From a virus (Duplodnaviria > Caudoviricetes): 64,000 bases of DNA. Positions 45,919-55,943 of the stretch are shown in pieces (within the stretch, counting starts at the first letter, position 1; each line of letters opens with the position of its first letter). The stretch lies in IMG/VR virus record IMGVR_UViG_3300025437_000009. One strand, written 5' to 3'. The notes below the pieces were generated by a model. The model searched no databases and was not told the DNA's origin. It saw only the letters and a program-made list of their open reading frames with translations. Made by a program: the position numbers and the translations under genes.

Positions 45919-46658
45919 AATTGAGTTATTAAATAATTGGCCCATAGTCTGTGACCTTGTTCTGTAGGGTGACGGCTGTCTTCTTTGTTACAAAACTCAC
46001 ACGAATCTAATATGTCAATACGAGATAGGGCTCGATCTATTACTTCTATAGAATCTGGATATGTTCGATTGTAGTTTAACTGTTTGATGTGATCACTAAT
46101 AACAATGTACGTATCAGTCTGTAATTGTTGTTTAGTTAATACTTCTAACCAAGACTGTTCTATAACGCCGTGTTCGGGTATGCTATCTGTAAAATTGTGT
46201 GCTATTTTAAATGTTATTTTTGGATAGCGTAGTTGTATTTCTTTAACCATTGCATAGGTTTTAAGTACTATATTTTCCAATGCTGGTTGCAATAGATCTC
46301 CCTGTGCCCAGTTTATTTCTTCGTGACGGCCAGATTCTGTTAGGGTAATAATACAAGTAACGTTGGCATACTTGTATCTATGACTCAGCAGTTGTCCTAG
46401 CCAATTTAACATACAAAAATTACTGGCACCAGGCAAGGCCAAGTTCATCCAGTCTGCACCTATCTGCTCTGTGAGTAAGTTACCGTATACATGATCGAGT
46501 CTATATTCTGTATCGTCTATGCCATTGCGTACTTTAGTCTTACCTAAACTATCACCGTAGGTCCACGAATCTCCTACTGTAATTATTAACTGATCACTAT
46601 CACGTGATTTGTAATAGTAAGGATTGTTGATCATTGACCAAGCAGGTACGTTAAACAT
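45915..46658 (-). CDS. SGNH/GDSL hydrolase-like protein
   Basis: VGDSWTYG, NLALPGASN, DSRHPTEQGH. Confidence 0.7.
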   Translation of the reverse strand: MFNVPAWSMINNPYYYKSRDSDQLIITVGDSWTYGDSLGKTKVRNGIDDTEYRLDHVYGNLLTEQIGADWMNLALPGASNFCMLNWLGQLLSHRYKYANVTCIITLTESGRHEEINWAQGDLLQPALENIVLKTYAMVKEIQLRYPKITFKIAHNFTDSIPEHGVIEQSWLEVLTKQQLQTDTYIVISDHIKQLNYNRTYPDSIEVIDRALSRIDILDSCEFCNKEDSRHPTEQGHRLWANYLITQL

Positions 46659-47667
46659 ATTGTGTTAGATCCAAATTATTCAAACGATTCCATTGCTCAT
46701 AAGCATACTGGCGGAAACGACGTTTGTTATTTTGACAGCGGCCAAAGTACTTTTGATATTCGCTATAGGGATTACTTATTTTGTTAATGGCATCAATAGC
46801 CACCTGTGCATACTGAGCCTGCTTAGTTGGATCACCTGCCGTTTCATTTACTATACTATAGTCAAATATATCTTCAAAGATATCAAACCCAGAATCTTTT
46901 AAGTATTGTCGTAGTGGTGCTTGGCCGTAGACAAAGAAAGGACGCATACCTATAATAGGTTTAAATGTTTTTTCACTGGTAAAGAAATTGTTGGGGTTGG
47001 CATTGCTAAATTCTGTTTCTGTTACCAGACATAAAAAACTTTTACTCCAAATTTCTTTAGACCCTATACTAAAAATGTCATTAAGGATTGTTTTACTTAC
47101 AAAACGTTCATCCACTCCCAGGTTACCGTATTCATCCCGAATGCCCTGCTCATCTGCAAATTCTTCGTCTAAGGTAATGGGATTTCCTGGTAAGCCGAGG
47201 CTAATATAACCCTGCTCTCGATATGGTAGTAATTGATTTACTAAACTGACACGATGTGGGTGAGGTTTACGATTTAGACAAATAAATTTACGTGCATCTG
47301 TTTGCAGTTGCAGATCTTGTTCTTCATAGTTTTGGAAATATAAGTCGCATACCATTGCCCAAAAGTCAATGCGATATTGTGCAGAATTACCTAGTATAAT
47401 GTAAGGAACACCGCTGGTTTCTATTGCTTCAAATATTTTGGGTACAGCAGGATCTACAAAATTGTGACAAATGATAAAATCCGGACGGGAGTCTCGAATA
47501 TGTTGTGCTATATCATTTTCATGTAGCCAAGTGGGATTGATAAACATAACACGATCAACTGATAACTGTTCTCGTGCTTTATTTTCTAATATACTGCGTA
47601 TTAGTTGTTCGACTCGACCAGCTTTCCAAGCATAAGGAAAGCCGTTAGTTGATTTTATAATTTCCAT
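46651..47667 (-). CDS. ET..F.TEKT family protein (paralog 3)
   Basis: FICLNRKPHPHR, LVTET...FTSEKTFKPIIGMRPFFVYG..GFDIF. Confidence 0.7.
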   Translation of the reverse strand: MEIIKSTNGFPYAWKAGRVEQLIRSILENKAREQLSVDRVMFINPTWLHENDIAQHIRDSRPDFIICHNFVDPAVPKIFEAIETSGVPYIILGNSAQYRIDFWAMVCDLYFQNYEEQDLQLQTDARKFICLNRKPHPHRVSLVNQLLPYREQGYISLGLPGNPITLDEEFADEQGIRDEYGNLGVDERFVSKTILNDIFSIGSKEIWSKSFLCLVTETEFSNANPNNFFTSEKTFKPIIGMRPFFVYGQAPLRQYLKDSGFDIFEDIFDYSIVNETAGDPTKQAQYAQVAIDAINKISNPYSEYQKYFGRCQNNKRRFRQYAYEQWNRLNNLDLTQYV

Positions 47668-47690
47668 TTGATAATAACTTAGCTAGTAAG

Positions 47691-49184
47691 TTATTTACGA
47701 ATTCCTGCAAGGCTCCGAATAAAATCTAGTGGATCTTCAGTATCTTCATAGGCCATGTTCCAACCAGTTGCACCAGCGCCACTCTTGTCTACTGCACGAT
47801 CGTCACCGTATTCTTTACCATGTGGCTCAACCGGACTTGTTGGAGTTGCAAAGTTGGTTTGGCTATTACGTAGAGTTGGTTCTTGTTTTTGCTGTACTTG
47901 GCTGTAGATATCTGGACGATGTTGACCTAACCATTCTTTGATTAAACCCGCAACATCAGCATCAGGACCGTGTTGAATAAACAAATCATTCATTAAATCA
48001 TCAAGGTCGTTTTTAATGTCTGGTCCAATAATTGGTACTAGTTTGTCTAATAGTGCAGAACCATCAATACCATCAATGCCTACTGGTTTTGGTTTACTTA
48101 ACATTTCTACGCAAGCATCAATTTGGTCTTGTTCAGAGTGTGCTGAAGTCCAAACATTTTCTGTAATTTCGTCAGCCCATTCTTCTAATTCTGTGGATAC
48201 GTTATTTTTTTGTTTAACATACGCTCTATAAACAATTGGCAATGCATCATTGAATCGTTCGTCATAGATTTTCTTAACAAAGCGTTCTTTGAGAGCATCA
48301 ACATCAACAACTTCTTCAACAGAAGCTTCTGGCGTCCATGATTCAAAATAACTACGATAGCCGCGGGCACCACGCATTTGACGTAGTTTGCGTTTGACTT
48401 GATCATAGTGATGAACTGCTGCACGAGTCATGTCAGCAGTTTCTTGATCTTCAAATTGACGATGTTTTGTACTACGAACAAAATGACGCATAGCTGACAT
48501 TTCGTTTACTAAATTGGTAATGTGTTCAGCACATTTATCATACATTGTTCCGCCATGACTAATGTGTTGTGCTAGGGCACGTGCTCCATCTAAATTTTTA
48601 AATGGTACTAATAATCTTTCGCCGCGACTAGTTTCAATAAAAATATCTCTAATGCGACGAGCACGATCGCCGTGCTTTTCGTCGCTGACTAAACCATCAT
48701 GTTTAATAACTAATTTACATTCACCCATGTCGGCATAACTATTACGGCTTGTACCATATAATTTGCTTTCAGTGACCTTAACGTCATTCATGGTAGAAAC
48801 GTCGTCGGATTTAGATTGTTGTTTAACGTCTTGTAGATTTAAATTAGATTTGTTGATATCGCGAGTATCAAATGTTAATAAATTGCGTTTTGCAAATTTG
48901 CGTAGACTGCGTAAAAAATCATACCAGTCGTGGCGTTGTTCACGATCCATTTCACCACTAATGTTCTGTCCAAAATATACTTTTAAACTTGTTTCGTCAA
49001 TCAAGCTGATTGTTACTTTACCAAATTTAGCACCTGTTTCGTCTGTATATGTAAAGTTAAAAAAACGTGCCTTAGATGGGTCTGTACAAGCCTTAGCGTT
49101 TTCATCGCCCAGCGTGACATTGTCAAAACGCGAGCGTACTTTGTCAAAAAGTGCTGTAGATACTGATTCGATTTCTTTTGCCAT
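47691..49184 (-). CDS. hypothetical protein (497 aa, late gene)
   Basis: Long ORF downstream of the terminase, with ATAAATA 5 nt before ATG. Confidence 0.75.
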   Translation of the reverse strand: MAKEIESVSTALFDKVRSRFDNVTLGDENAKACTDPSKARFFNFTYTDETGAKFGKVTISLIDETSLKVYFGQNISGEMDREQRHDWYDFLRSLRKFAKRNLLTFDTRDINKSNLNLQDVKQQSKSDDVSTMNDVKVTESKLYGTSRNSYADMGECKLVIKHDGLVSDEKHGDRARRIRDIFIETSRGERLLVPFKNLDGARALAQHISHGGTMYDKCAEHITNLVNEMSAMRHFVRSTKHRQFEDQETADMTRAAVHHYDQVKRKLRQMRGARGYRSYFESWTPEASVEEVVDVDALKERFVKKIYDERFNDALPIVYRAYVKQKNNVSTELEEWADEITENVWTSAHSEQDQIDACVEMLSKPKPVGIDGIDGSALLDKLVPIIGPDIKNDLDDLMNDLFIQHGPDADVAGLIKEWLGQHRPDIYSQVQQKQEPTLRNSQTNFATPTSPVEPHGKEYGDDRAVDKSGAGATGWNMAYEDTEDPLDFIRSLAGIRK

Positions 49185-49196
49185 ATAACTATTTAT

Positions 49197-50762
49197 CTAG
49201 AACATTATAAAGGGCATGGGTTCTATAAAGTTGTCTAACGCATCCTTAAGCTCAGAATCTAACGTAGCATCAAAACTCTGTAGCATCTGTATCATACGTA
49301 CTGCTAGTAATGTGCTCATAACTAAATCATCATGCTCGCCAATTTTTGCTGCATAGCTACCGCCTGATGCTACAAAGTTTTTTAGTTCGCTGATTAATGC
49401 TTTACTTGCTATAAACAAACGTTTGGTTTCAACTAAACTTTTAAATTTAGCACAGGCACTTAATTTAGATTTATTAGTGGTATTAAATCCTTTACGGAAT
49501 CGTGTACCGCCGCCGCCCATGCGTTTAGGTTCGCTTAGAAATATGCCAGGAATATTTTCTTCACCTATTTCACTAATACAAACTAGTGCAGCTTCACCTA
49601 AGGTATTATTTTCTACTGAATAATACACATGAGTTTGTCCAGCAACGTCTGCTAAGTATCCGCAAATTTCTTTCATAATAACAACCTGACGTTGTACGAT
49701 TGTTTTATTATGGCTCCACTCGGCCACTTGTTTGAGTCCAGGCAATTCAAATACCTGTATGGCCGCGGGGTCTGATCCGGTACCAAGACTTGGATCTAGT
49801 GCAACTACATAAGTCTTGTCACGCTCGGGACGTTTATACCAACGTATCTGACCTTGTTTCTCTATAGGATCAAGACCAGCCATCTCACTTAGCATGACGG
49901 GATTAATCAATGTTTCATCAAAGATGATGAATTCACATTCCATCTCACGACGGAAACGTTCTTCGCCTAACTGTGCTCGCATCTGCGCGGCCCACTTTTC
50001 ATCACGTTCTGGATGTTCTTCCCAACGACTGCGGAACGCTTTAAATCCGTTAACACCTAATTCTGTTTCATTGCCAAACTCATCAAAACATTTATTAGCC
50101 TGACGCCAAATTTGTGCAAACTGATCTTCGTCTGAGTTTGGTGTTGATGTAATAATACACTTACCACCAGTTGCTAGTGTAGGTGTAATGGAAGTCCAGA
50201 ATTCACTCGCAATAGTTGGGCGAACGAACGCAAACTCGTCACAGTATAGTAGTGATATGGACATACCACGACCTGTATTTTCTGTTGTTGTTTGACTTAC
50301 TATGCGGCTACCATTTTCAAAGTCCAAGCTACCTTTATTGTAACTTGTTACCCCGGCTCGGATAAAGTCTGGACAGTTCTCATAAGCGTGACGAACACGT
50401 TGCATAATCTCCTGTGCGCCCAAATACTTGTGAGCAGCTACAAGGATGGTACTGTCTGGAACAAACATTGCATACCACAGCAAGTATCCTGCGGCGCTGG
50501 TCGATTTGCCCGTTTGTCTAGGCATTAGGCTAATACTGAATCTATAATTATGATATGTATCTATCAAACGTTCTTGATAGTCGAATGGGTGGTATTGTAT
50601 AGCACCCTTTGTTGGATGTTGGATAAAGAAGTAATTATCCATAAAGTACTGCGGGCCAGACACAGGATCAGCACACTGAGCAAGCTCCTGTATTTGATGC
50701 TCAGTATAAGACATTTTCTTATACGGTGCTTTGATAATTGCAGTTTCTAATTCTTTAGCCAT
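49197..50762 (-). CDS. terminase large subunit (gp17-like)
   Basis: PRQTGKS, LLYCDEFAF, ITSTPN, VALDPSLG, HDDLVM. Start moved to MAKELET. Confidence 0.95.
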   Translation of the reverse strand: MAKELETAIIKAPYKKMSYTEHQIQELAQCADPVSGPQYFMDNYFFIQHPTKGAIQYHPFDYQERLIDTYHNYRFSISLMPRQTGKSTSAAGYLLWYAMFVPDSTILVAAHKYLGAQEIMQRVRHAYENCPDFIRAGVTSYNKGSLDFENGSRIVSQTTTENTGRGMSISLLYCDEFAFVRPTIASEFWTSITPTLATGGKCIITSTPNSDEDQFAQIWRQANKCFDEFGNETELGVNGFKAFRSRWEEHPERDEKWAAQMRAQLGEERFRREMECEFIIFDETLINPVMLSEMAGLDPIEKQGQIRWYKRPERDKTYVVALDPSLGTGSDPAAIQVFELPGLKQVAEWSHNKTIVQRQVVIMKEICGYLADVAGQTHVYYSVENNTLGEAALVCISEIGEENIPGIFLSEPKRMGGGGTRFRKGFNTTNKSKLSACAKFKSLVETKRLFIASKALISELKNFVASGGSYAAKIGEHDDLVMSTLLAVRMIQMLQSFDATLDSELKDALDNFIEPMPFIMF

Positions 50763-50793
50763 TGTGTAATAATCTTTTATATAAGTATATTTA

Positions 50794-51324
50794 ATGTCAG
50801 ACACATTACTGTTAAATTCTAATTACGAGCCAATTTCAGTATTACCCCTAAGCGTAATCGGTTGGCAACATGCTATCAAACTCATGTATTTGGGACGTGT
50901 ACACGTCATCGAAACCTATCCAGATTGGATTGTACACTCTGAACGACTAGCAATAAATGTTCCCAGTGTAGCAGTAACTCGAGATTATTTTCACTACAAA
51001 AAAGCTGTCAAGTTTAGTCGTTATAACTTGTACATGCGTGACCTATTCAAATGTCAATATTGCGATGATGTATTTGACTATGACGAATTAACTATCGATC
51101 ACGTTATTCCACGTATGGCTGGCGGTAAAACTAATTGGGAAAATTGTGTAACTGCTTGTAAGGCATGTAATCATGCCAAAGGTAGCCATACAAACATTAA
51201 ACCAAGAATCAAACCCTACAGGCCAGACTACTATAGTTTAGTCAATCAATGGAAAAAAATGGATTTTACTGTTAAACAAGCATCATGGAATCAATACTTG
51301 GGATTAGACAAGCGAATTGCTTAG
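50794..51324 (+). CDS. HNH endonuclease
   Basis: CQYC, TIDHVIPR..GG..WENCVTACKACN. Confidence 0.88.
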   Translation: MSDTLLLNSNYEPISVLPLSVIGWQHAIKLMYLGRVHVIETYPDWIVHSERLAINVPSVAVTRDYFHYKKAVKFSRYNLYMRDLFKCQYCDDVFDYDELTIDHVIPRMAGGKTNWENCVTACKACNHAKGSHTNIKPRIKPYRPDYYSLVNQWKKMDFTVKQASWNQYLGLDKRIA

Positions 51325-51746
51325 TCAAGTGCTTTAGGTTGGTTTTCTGGTAATTTACCAGGATGACGTTCGAAGTATTGTTTAATTTTTTCTTCTAGTG
51401 TACCTGCGTTAGCACCAAGTCCACGCACAGGCTCAAAGTTAATTAAAAACCATAGATCGTCGCCAGGTTTAGCATTATACTTTTCTAATAACTCGTTTCT
51501 GTATTTTGCAGTATAAGATATGTTACTGCCGACTGGGCTTGTAATTCCACCTTCACTGGCAGTAGGCACTTGGTTTTGTCCGCTGTAGATTCCGCCTAGG
51601 CCGTTAGGTCCAGGACCTTCGCCCTCAACAACAAGGCCGGCTAGTTTTTTAATTTGATATAAGTCTTGGGAATCCATAACAGCATCGGCATCACCAGTCT
51701 CACCTTGGTGTACAAAGTTTTGACTAGTGATTCGATATTGTTTCAT
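51321..51746 (-). CDS. hypothetical protein
   Basis: 141 aa ORF in the morphogenesis region. Confidence 0.7.
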   Translation of the reverse strand: MKQYRITSQNFVHQGETGDADAVMDSQDLYQIKKLAGLVVEGEGPGPNGLGGIYSGQNQVPTASEGGITSPVGSNISYTAKYRNELLEKYNAKPGDDLWFLINFEPVRGLGANAGTLEEKIKQYFERHPGKLPENQPKALD

Positions 51747-53944
51747 TAGTTAGATTTTTTAATACTTTCGTACTCAGCGGCTAACTTAGCTTCCAACTTA
51801 AGAGTAGTTTCCATAGTCTTAACTGGTTTAGCAGGACGATTAGGTTGTTGCTTCATCTTGTTGTCACCGGCGCCGTCATAGTTATTCTTCTCGCCCGAAT
51901 CAGCTTCACCTGGATTTAGTGTACTAGCTTTCATGCTCATGTATTCTTCTTTAGTACCGTTTACAGGATCTTGATCACTAGTATTATCATCAACTTCTGG
52001 ATCGCCATAAGTTTTTTCATCTTTGGCTAATGCTTCTTCAATTTTACCAGTATCTAATCCAGCTACACGTAGCATAGCAAGCAGTTCTTGTGCTTCTTTG
52101 ACTGAATCTTTTTTAGTATCTTTTTCGTCGTCACATTCACAAGGATCGCAATCGCACTTAGAGCAATGATCTTCTTTGGCTTCTTTAACTTGATACTCTT
52201 TGCCATCAACTTCAAAACTGTCTTTGTGTTGTGCGCGAGCTTTGGCTAATTCGCCTGAAAATTCATTACCTTCATTTGGTTCTTCATCTAGTGTACTTGT
52301 GTCTGTGTACTCTTTACCATCTAAATCAAACTTTTCACCTTTTGGTGTATCTTTTAATTTACCAGTAAATGCATTGCCCTCATCAGCCATACTCAGACCA
52401 GCTAGTTTAGCTAGTTCATTTAGTTCAGCTTCCATTGCATCTTCTTCGTAGTAGTTACGACCACGACCTTTTAATAAAGCAGTTTTACCAGGAATCTGGC
52501 TAGCAGGTAGGCTTGAACCAACTGGATGTGGGTTTGCTGGATTGCCACCTTTTACATGCTCCCAAGGACTTTTGCTTGGCTGTTGTGCTGTAGCTTGTTG
52601 ACCTGGGAATGGTAATACATTTTCTTCCATTTGACGCTTAGAATGTGCATATACTTCCATCATGTCGCGTAAACGATCGGAGCATACACCAGTTTCTTTG
52701 AACTGTTGCATGTCTGTGCTCATGCACTCTAACATTTCTTCTAGAGTCATGTGTTGTTCTTCCATCATACGTTTGAAGTTTACACTTTCGGCTACCATCT
52801 TGCCCATGCTGTACTTCTTACCGGAGTCAGAATCTGTTTTCTTTGAATCATGTTTAACACGACCAAATGGATCATGTGATTTGCTTAGGCCGCCTTGGTG
52901 GCGATCGCTATCAGATTTTTCTTTCTTTGGACGACCAACGTTACCTTTGTTTTTAGGATCACGTCGTGGGTTTTTAGTTACAGCCTTACGAGGACGACCT
53001 TTTTTAGGTTTGTTATCTTCTTCGTCATCTTTTTCAATATCGTCACTTGGATATCCAGGGAAGTCTGTTTTAGTATGCTTGATACCGTGTTTGGTTTTTG
53101 AAACTTCACCTTCGTTGGTATGATCGCAAGAGCATTCGCTTTCAAACATACCGCACTCGTTGCAAGAACTTTCTTCAAAGTCAACAATGTTGCCGTGCTC
53201 GTCAGGTCCAAATGAGTTAACTGGGCCTAAACTGTCTGGCAAGTTGCAACCAAGGATTTCACATACGTCTTGATAGTTCATTTGGCAATCGCCGCCAATT
53301 GACTCAATGTCTTCTGCTTCTAAGTCATGAACACTACGAATGCCGTTCATTTCCATATAATCTCTAGCGCATTGTTTAACTGCCTTTACTGGATCATATT
53401 TTTCACTAACGTGTTGTGGCAAACCTTTGTGCTTTGTAGCAGCAAAGTCGTGTGTATCTTTAGGCTTCATTGTCTTAGCAACTTTTTTCAATTCAGGACT
53501 TGCACCCTTGATCTTTTCACCCTTTTGCATAGCATGTGCCATGCCCATAAACTTTTGTTGAGCTTGGCTAACTGCTTTCTCACCAACAACACCCATACCG
53601 CCCATGCCACCATCTAATGTCTCGCCCATTTTCTTACCGGCGGCAGCGGCTTTTTGGAATGCCTTCTTGCCATATTTTTCACGACCAATTGCGGCAGCAA
53701 CTGCACCCGCATCTTTGACATCACCCTTGGCGGCAATAGACTTTTCTAATTTCTTAAAGCCCATATACTTTTCAGCAAGAACTTGTTCTGTAGTTTTTAC
53801 ACCAGTAAGAATACTACCCTTAGCTGGAATCTCAGCATATTCCTTTAGTGTAGGTGCTTCTGACTTTGGAGCTTCTTTAGGAGTTAGTGCTTCTAATTTT
53901 CCTAAGATGCTGTAAATGTTGTCGTGTGGATGATTCTTGCTCAT
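51746..53944 (-). CDS. large charged low-complexity protein, possible head scaffold/internal protein
   Basis: 732 aa, E/K/D-rich with internal repeats, located near the terminase. Confidence 0.55.
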   Translation of the reverse strand: MSKNHPHDNIYSILGKLEALTPKEAPKSEAPTLKEYAEIPAKGSILTGVKTTEQVLAEKYMGFKKLEKSIAAKGDVKDAGAVAAAIGREKYGKKAFQKAAAAGKKMGETLDGGMGGMGVVGEKAVSQAQQKFMGMAHAMQKGEKIKGASPELKKVAKTMKPKDTHDFAATKHKGLPQHVSEKYDPVKAVKQCARDYMEMNGIRSVHDLEAEDIESIGGDCQMNYQDVCEILGCNLPDSLGPVNSFGPDEHGNIVDFEESSCNECGMFESECSCDHTNEGEVSKTKHGIKHTKTDFPGYPSDDIEKDDEEDNKPKKGRPRKAVTKNPRRDPKNKGNVGRPKKEKSDSDRHQGGLSKSHDPFGRVKHDSKKTDSDSGKKYSMGKMVAESVNFKRMMEEQHMTLEEMLECMSTDMQQFKETGVCSDRLRDMMEVYAHSKRQMEENVLPFPGQQATAQQPSKSPWEHVKGGNPANPHPVGSSLPASQIPGKTALLKGRGRNYYEEDAMEAELNELAKLAGLSMADEGNAFTGKLKDTPKGEKFDLDGKEYTDTSTLDEEPNEGNEFSGELAKARAQHKDSFEVDGKEYQVKEAKEDHCSKCDCDPCECDDEKDTKKDSVKEAQELLAMLRVAGLDTGKIEEALAKDEKTYGDPEVDDNTSDQDPVNGTKEEYMSMKASTLNPGEADSGEKNNYDGAGDNKMKQQPNRPAKPVKTMETTLKLEAKLAAEYESIKKSN

Positions 53945-53946
53945 AA

Positions 53947-54555
53947 TTAACCTTTGGTTGGATCTGGGATTTTGTTTTGCTTACTGCCCACAGGATCTAC
54001 ATTACCCTGTGCTATTTCGTTTGTTGTTTTGCCATACGAGCTTTGTTTATCTCCGCCGACAGTAGTGTCGGTGCCGGCAATCTCAAATTGACGTGATTCT
54101 AATTCTTTTAACAAGCTACCAATGCGAACTTGTCCTACTAGGCTCTGACCTTCTTTTGAACCGCCTAGATCTTCTTGATCTAGTAGTGCGCCCTTGGCAG
54201 CATCTGCGTTTGGTGCTTCGGCTTCATCTGTGAATTCAGCTTCATGTAAATTACGTACACAAATCCAGTCTGGATTTAGTTGAGCACGTTCTTTTAATGT
54301 TTGACGAATTTGAACTGTGTTAGTTGGGTAAGCAACTTTAATGTCAAATGTCCAGCACTCGCAAGGACCCCAGTTTGGAAACTCACGGTGCTCTTGTATT
54401 GGTAAACTCTTAACTGCACTAACGCTTTCTAATTGCCAAGTGTCAAGAGCACTTTTAATTTGTTCCATTACTGTTTTTGGATCAATGGTAGCCATTTTAA
54501 TGCGAAATTCGCAAGGCTTACTTAATTCAAATATGTAACTTTGGAATGGTTTCAT
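53947..54555 (-). CDS. hypothetical protein
   Basis: 202 aa with CTAAATA and AGGA RBS upstream. Confidence 0.72.
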   Translation of the reverse strand: MKPFQSYIFELSKPCEFRIKMATIDPKTVMEQIKSALDTWQLESVSAVKSLPIQEHREFPNWGPCECWTFDIKVAYPTNTVQIRQTLKERAQLNPDWICVRNLHEAEFTDEAEAPNADAAKGALLDQEDLGGSKEGQSLVGQVRIGSLLKELESRQFEIAGTDTTVGGDKQSSYGKTTNEIAQGNVDPVGSKQNKIPDPTKG

Positions 54556-54595
54556 TTTTAATTCCTATTATGTTATATTTAGCCTTTTTGGCAAT

Positions 54596-55087
54596 TTATT
54601 TTTTATTCAGAATCTGCTTGAGTAATTCGTTACGATCAAGCACGATTCCCTCACCCTCAACTGCTTCTTCAGCAGGGGATTTTTTATCTTTGGCTATTTG
54701 ATGATCCAACTTGGCTTTTTGCAGTTGCAGATTAATCATACGCAACTTTTTGTCTAGTTTAGCAGTTTTAGCAGTAATAGCATGCCCTAGTAATGTGCCT
54801 GCTGTCTGCAGAATAACACCCGAAAAACGTGGTTCCACATTCATACCTAGATCAATTAAATCTTCAGCTTTATCTTTGGCTAAATTTGCTAGTTCGTCAA
54901 GCTCTGAATCCGCTGTGTCTAAATCCCTAACAGTGGGTAGTGCTATATCAATTTTATCAATAGCAAGATTTACTTCGTTAATTAAATCTTTATTTTCATC
55001 AACAAAGTTTTTAGCTTCTTCAGCGGTGGGTGTGTCTAAATCTGTGGTTGGAGGTAAGTTAAATAACTCTTCTAATTTTTTTGTCAT
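54596..55087 (-). CDS. hypothetical helical protein, possible terminase small subunit
   Basis: 163 aa coiled-coil-like. The function is a guess from size and position. Confidence 0.4.
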   Translation of the reverse strand: MTKKLEELFNLPPTTDLDTPTAEEAKNFVDENKDLINEVNLAIDKIDIALPTVRDLDTADSELDELANLAKDKAEDLIDLGMNVEPRFSGVILQTAGTLLGHAITAKTAKLDKKLRMINLQLQKAKLDHQIAKDKKSPAEEAVEGEGIVLDRNELLKQILNKK

Positions 55088-55095
55088 ACCAATAT

Positions 55096-55533
55096 TTATT
55101 TGGCTTTACCTTGATGGAAAATATCATTTTCGGTAATGACTCGAAAAGTTAAATTATGAGCTCGACACCATTGGCGTGCGGCTTCCCATTTGGCCATATT
55201 GAGTATGGCTGCTGCTTGTGCTCGGGGACTTTTACCAGCTTCTTGTAAACTGGTTTCTTTAAGAGGTTTTACTTCAATCACTTCTGCATGCTGACGTTGA
55301 TTAGCATCAACATAGGTAATTAAAAAGTCGGGGACGTATATTGTATTTTTGCCAGTTAAAGGATTACGATAGTTAATGTGTACTGCTTCACTGGCCCATT
55401 GTAGTATGTTAGGATTATTATCGCACATGGTCATGAACGTATGTTCCCAACCAGATCTATATGTAGGAGATTTGTTGCCCACATACTTTTGTGGATTCTT
55501 TAATTGATATTTGCCTTGTGCGTATTTAGACAT
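55096..55533 (-). CDS. head completion nuclease (gp4/TnsA-like)
   Basis: YRSGWE..FM..CD.NP.I..WASE...Y..P..GK..IYVPDF. Confidence 0.85.
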   Translation of the reverse strand: MSKYAQGKYQLKNPQKYVGNKSPTYRSGWEHTFMTMCDNNPNILQWASEAVHINYRNPLTGKNTIYVPDFLITYVDANQRQHAEVIEVKPLKETSLQEAGKSPRAQAAAILNMAKWEAARQWCRAHNLTFRVITENDIFHQGKAK

Positions 55534-55940
55534 TACGGAAGAATTGTGCGTGTGATCAGCGGACTAGTAGTAGTTGATGTTTTAATACCAAGTTGACTAG
55601 TTGGCACTCGATTATAATTTAAAAATGCTGCCAGGTATGTGTTGAGTTGCCCGGGTGTTAATTGTTTAAATTCCGTCAACAAGGACATAGGATCAAGATT
55701 CTGTGCCAGGGCCGTATAAATTATAGTTCCAGCCAACTGTTTTCCTGCAGACGCACTACCTGTGTACTGTTCAAAAAATGCAACTATAGCATCGTTAGCA
55801 ACACCAATATCAAAATTGCCCGCAAAGAAATTATTGAAGTACTGTTGAGCATTACTAGTCCCACCGGGTGTTGTGGCATTTACACCTAGGGATAAATTAG
55901 GTGCCTGTAAATTGGTTGCGGCGGTAATTTGATTAGTCAT
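55533..55940 (-). CDS. hypothetical protein
   Basis: 135 aa ORF in the structural operon. Confidence 0.7.
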   Translation of the reverse strand: MTNQITAATNLQAPNLSLGVNATTPGGTSNAQQYFNNFFAGNFDIGVANDAIVAFFEQYTGSASAGKQLAGTIIYTALAQNLDPMSLLTEFKQLTPGQLNTYLAAFLNYNRVPTSQLGIKTSTTTSPLITRTILP

Positions 55941-55943
55941 TGG

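Noticed and set aside
38289-50762. Introns or inteins in uvsX and the terminase
   Set aside because: Both frames are continuous and of normal length, with no CF...HN intein ends or insertions.
54583-54597. Fifth copy of the AATTGCCAAAA promoter motif
   Set aside because: It has no -35/-10 hexamers at the required spacing and sits at a gene end before a late promoter, so it is probably coincidental.
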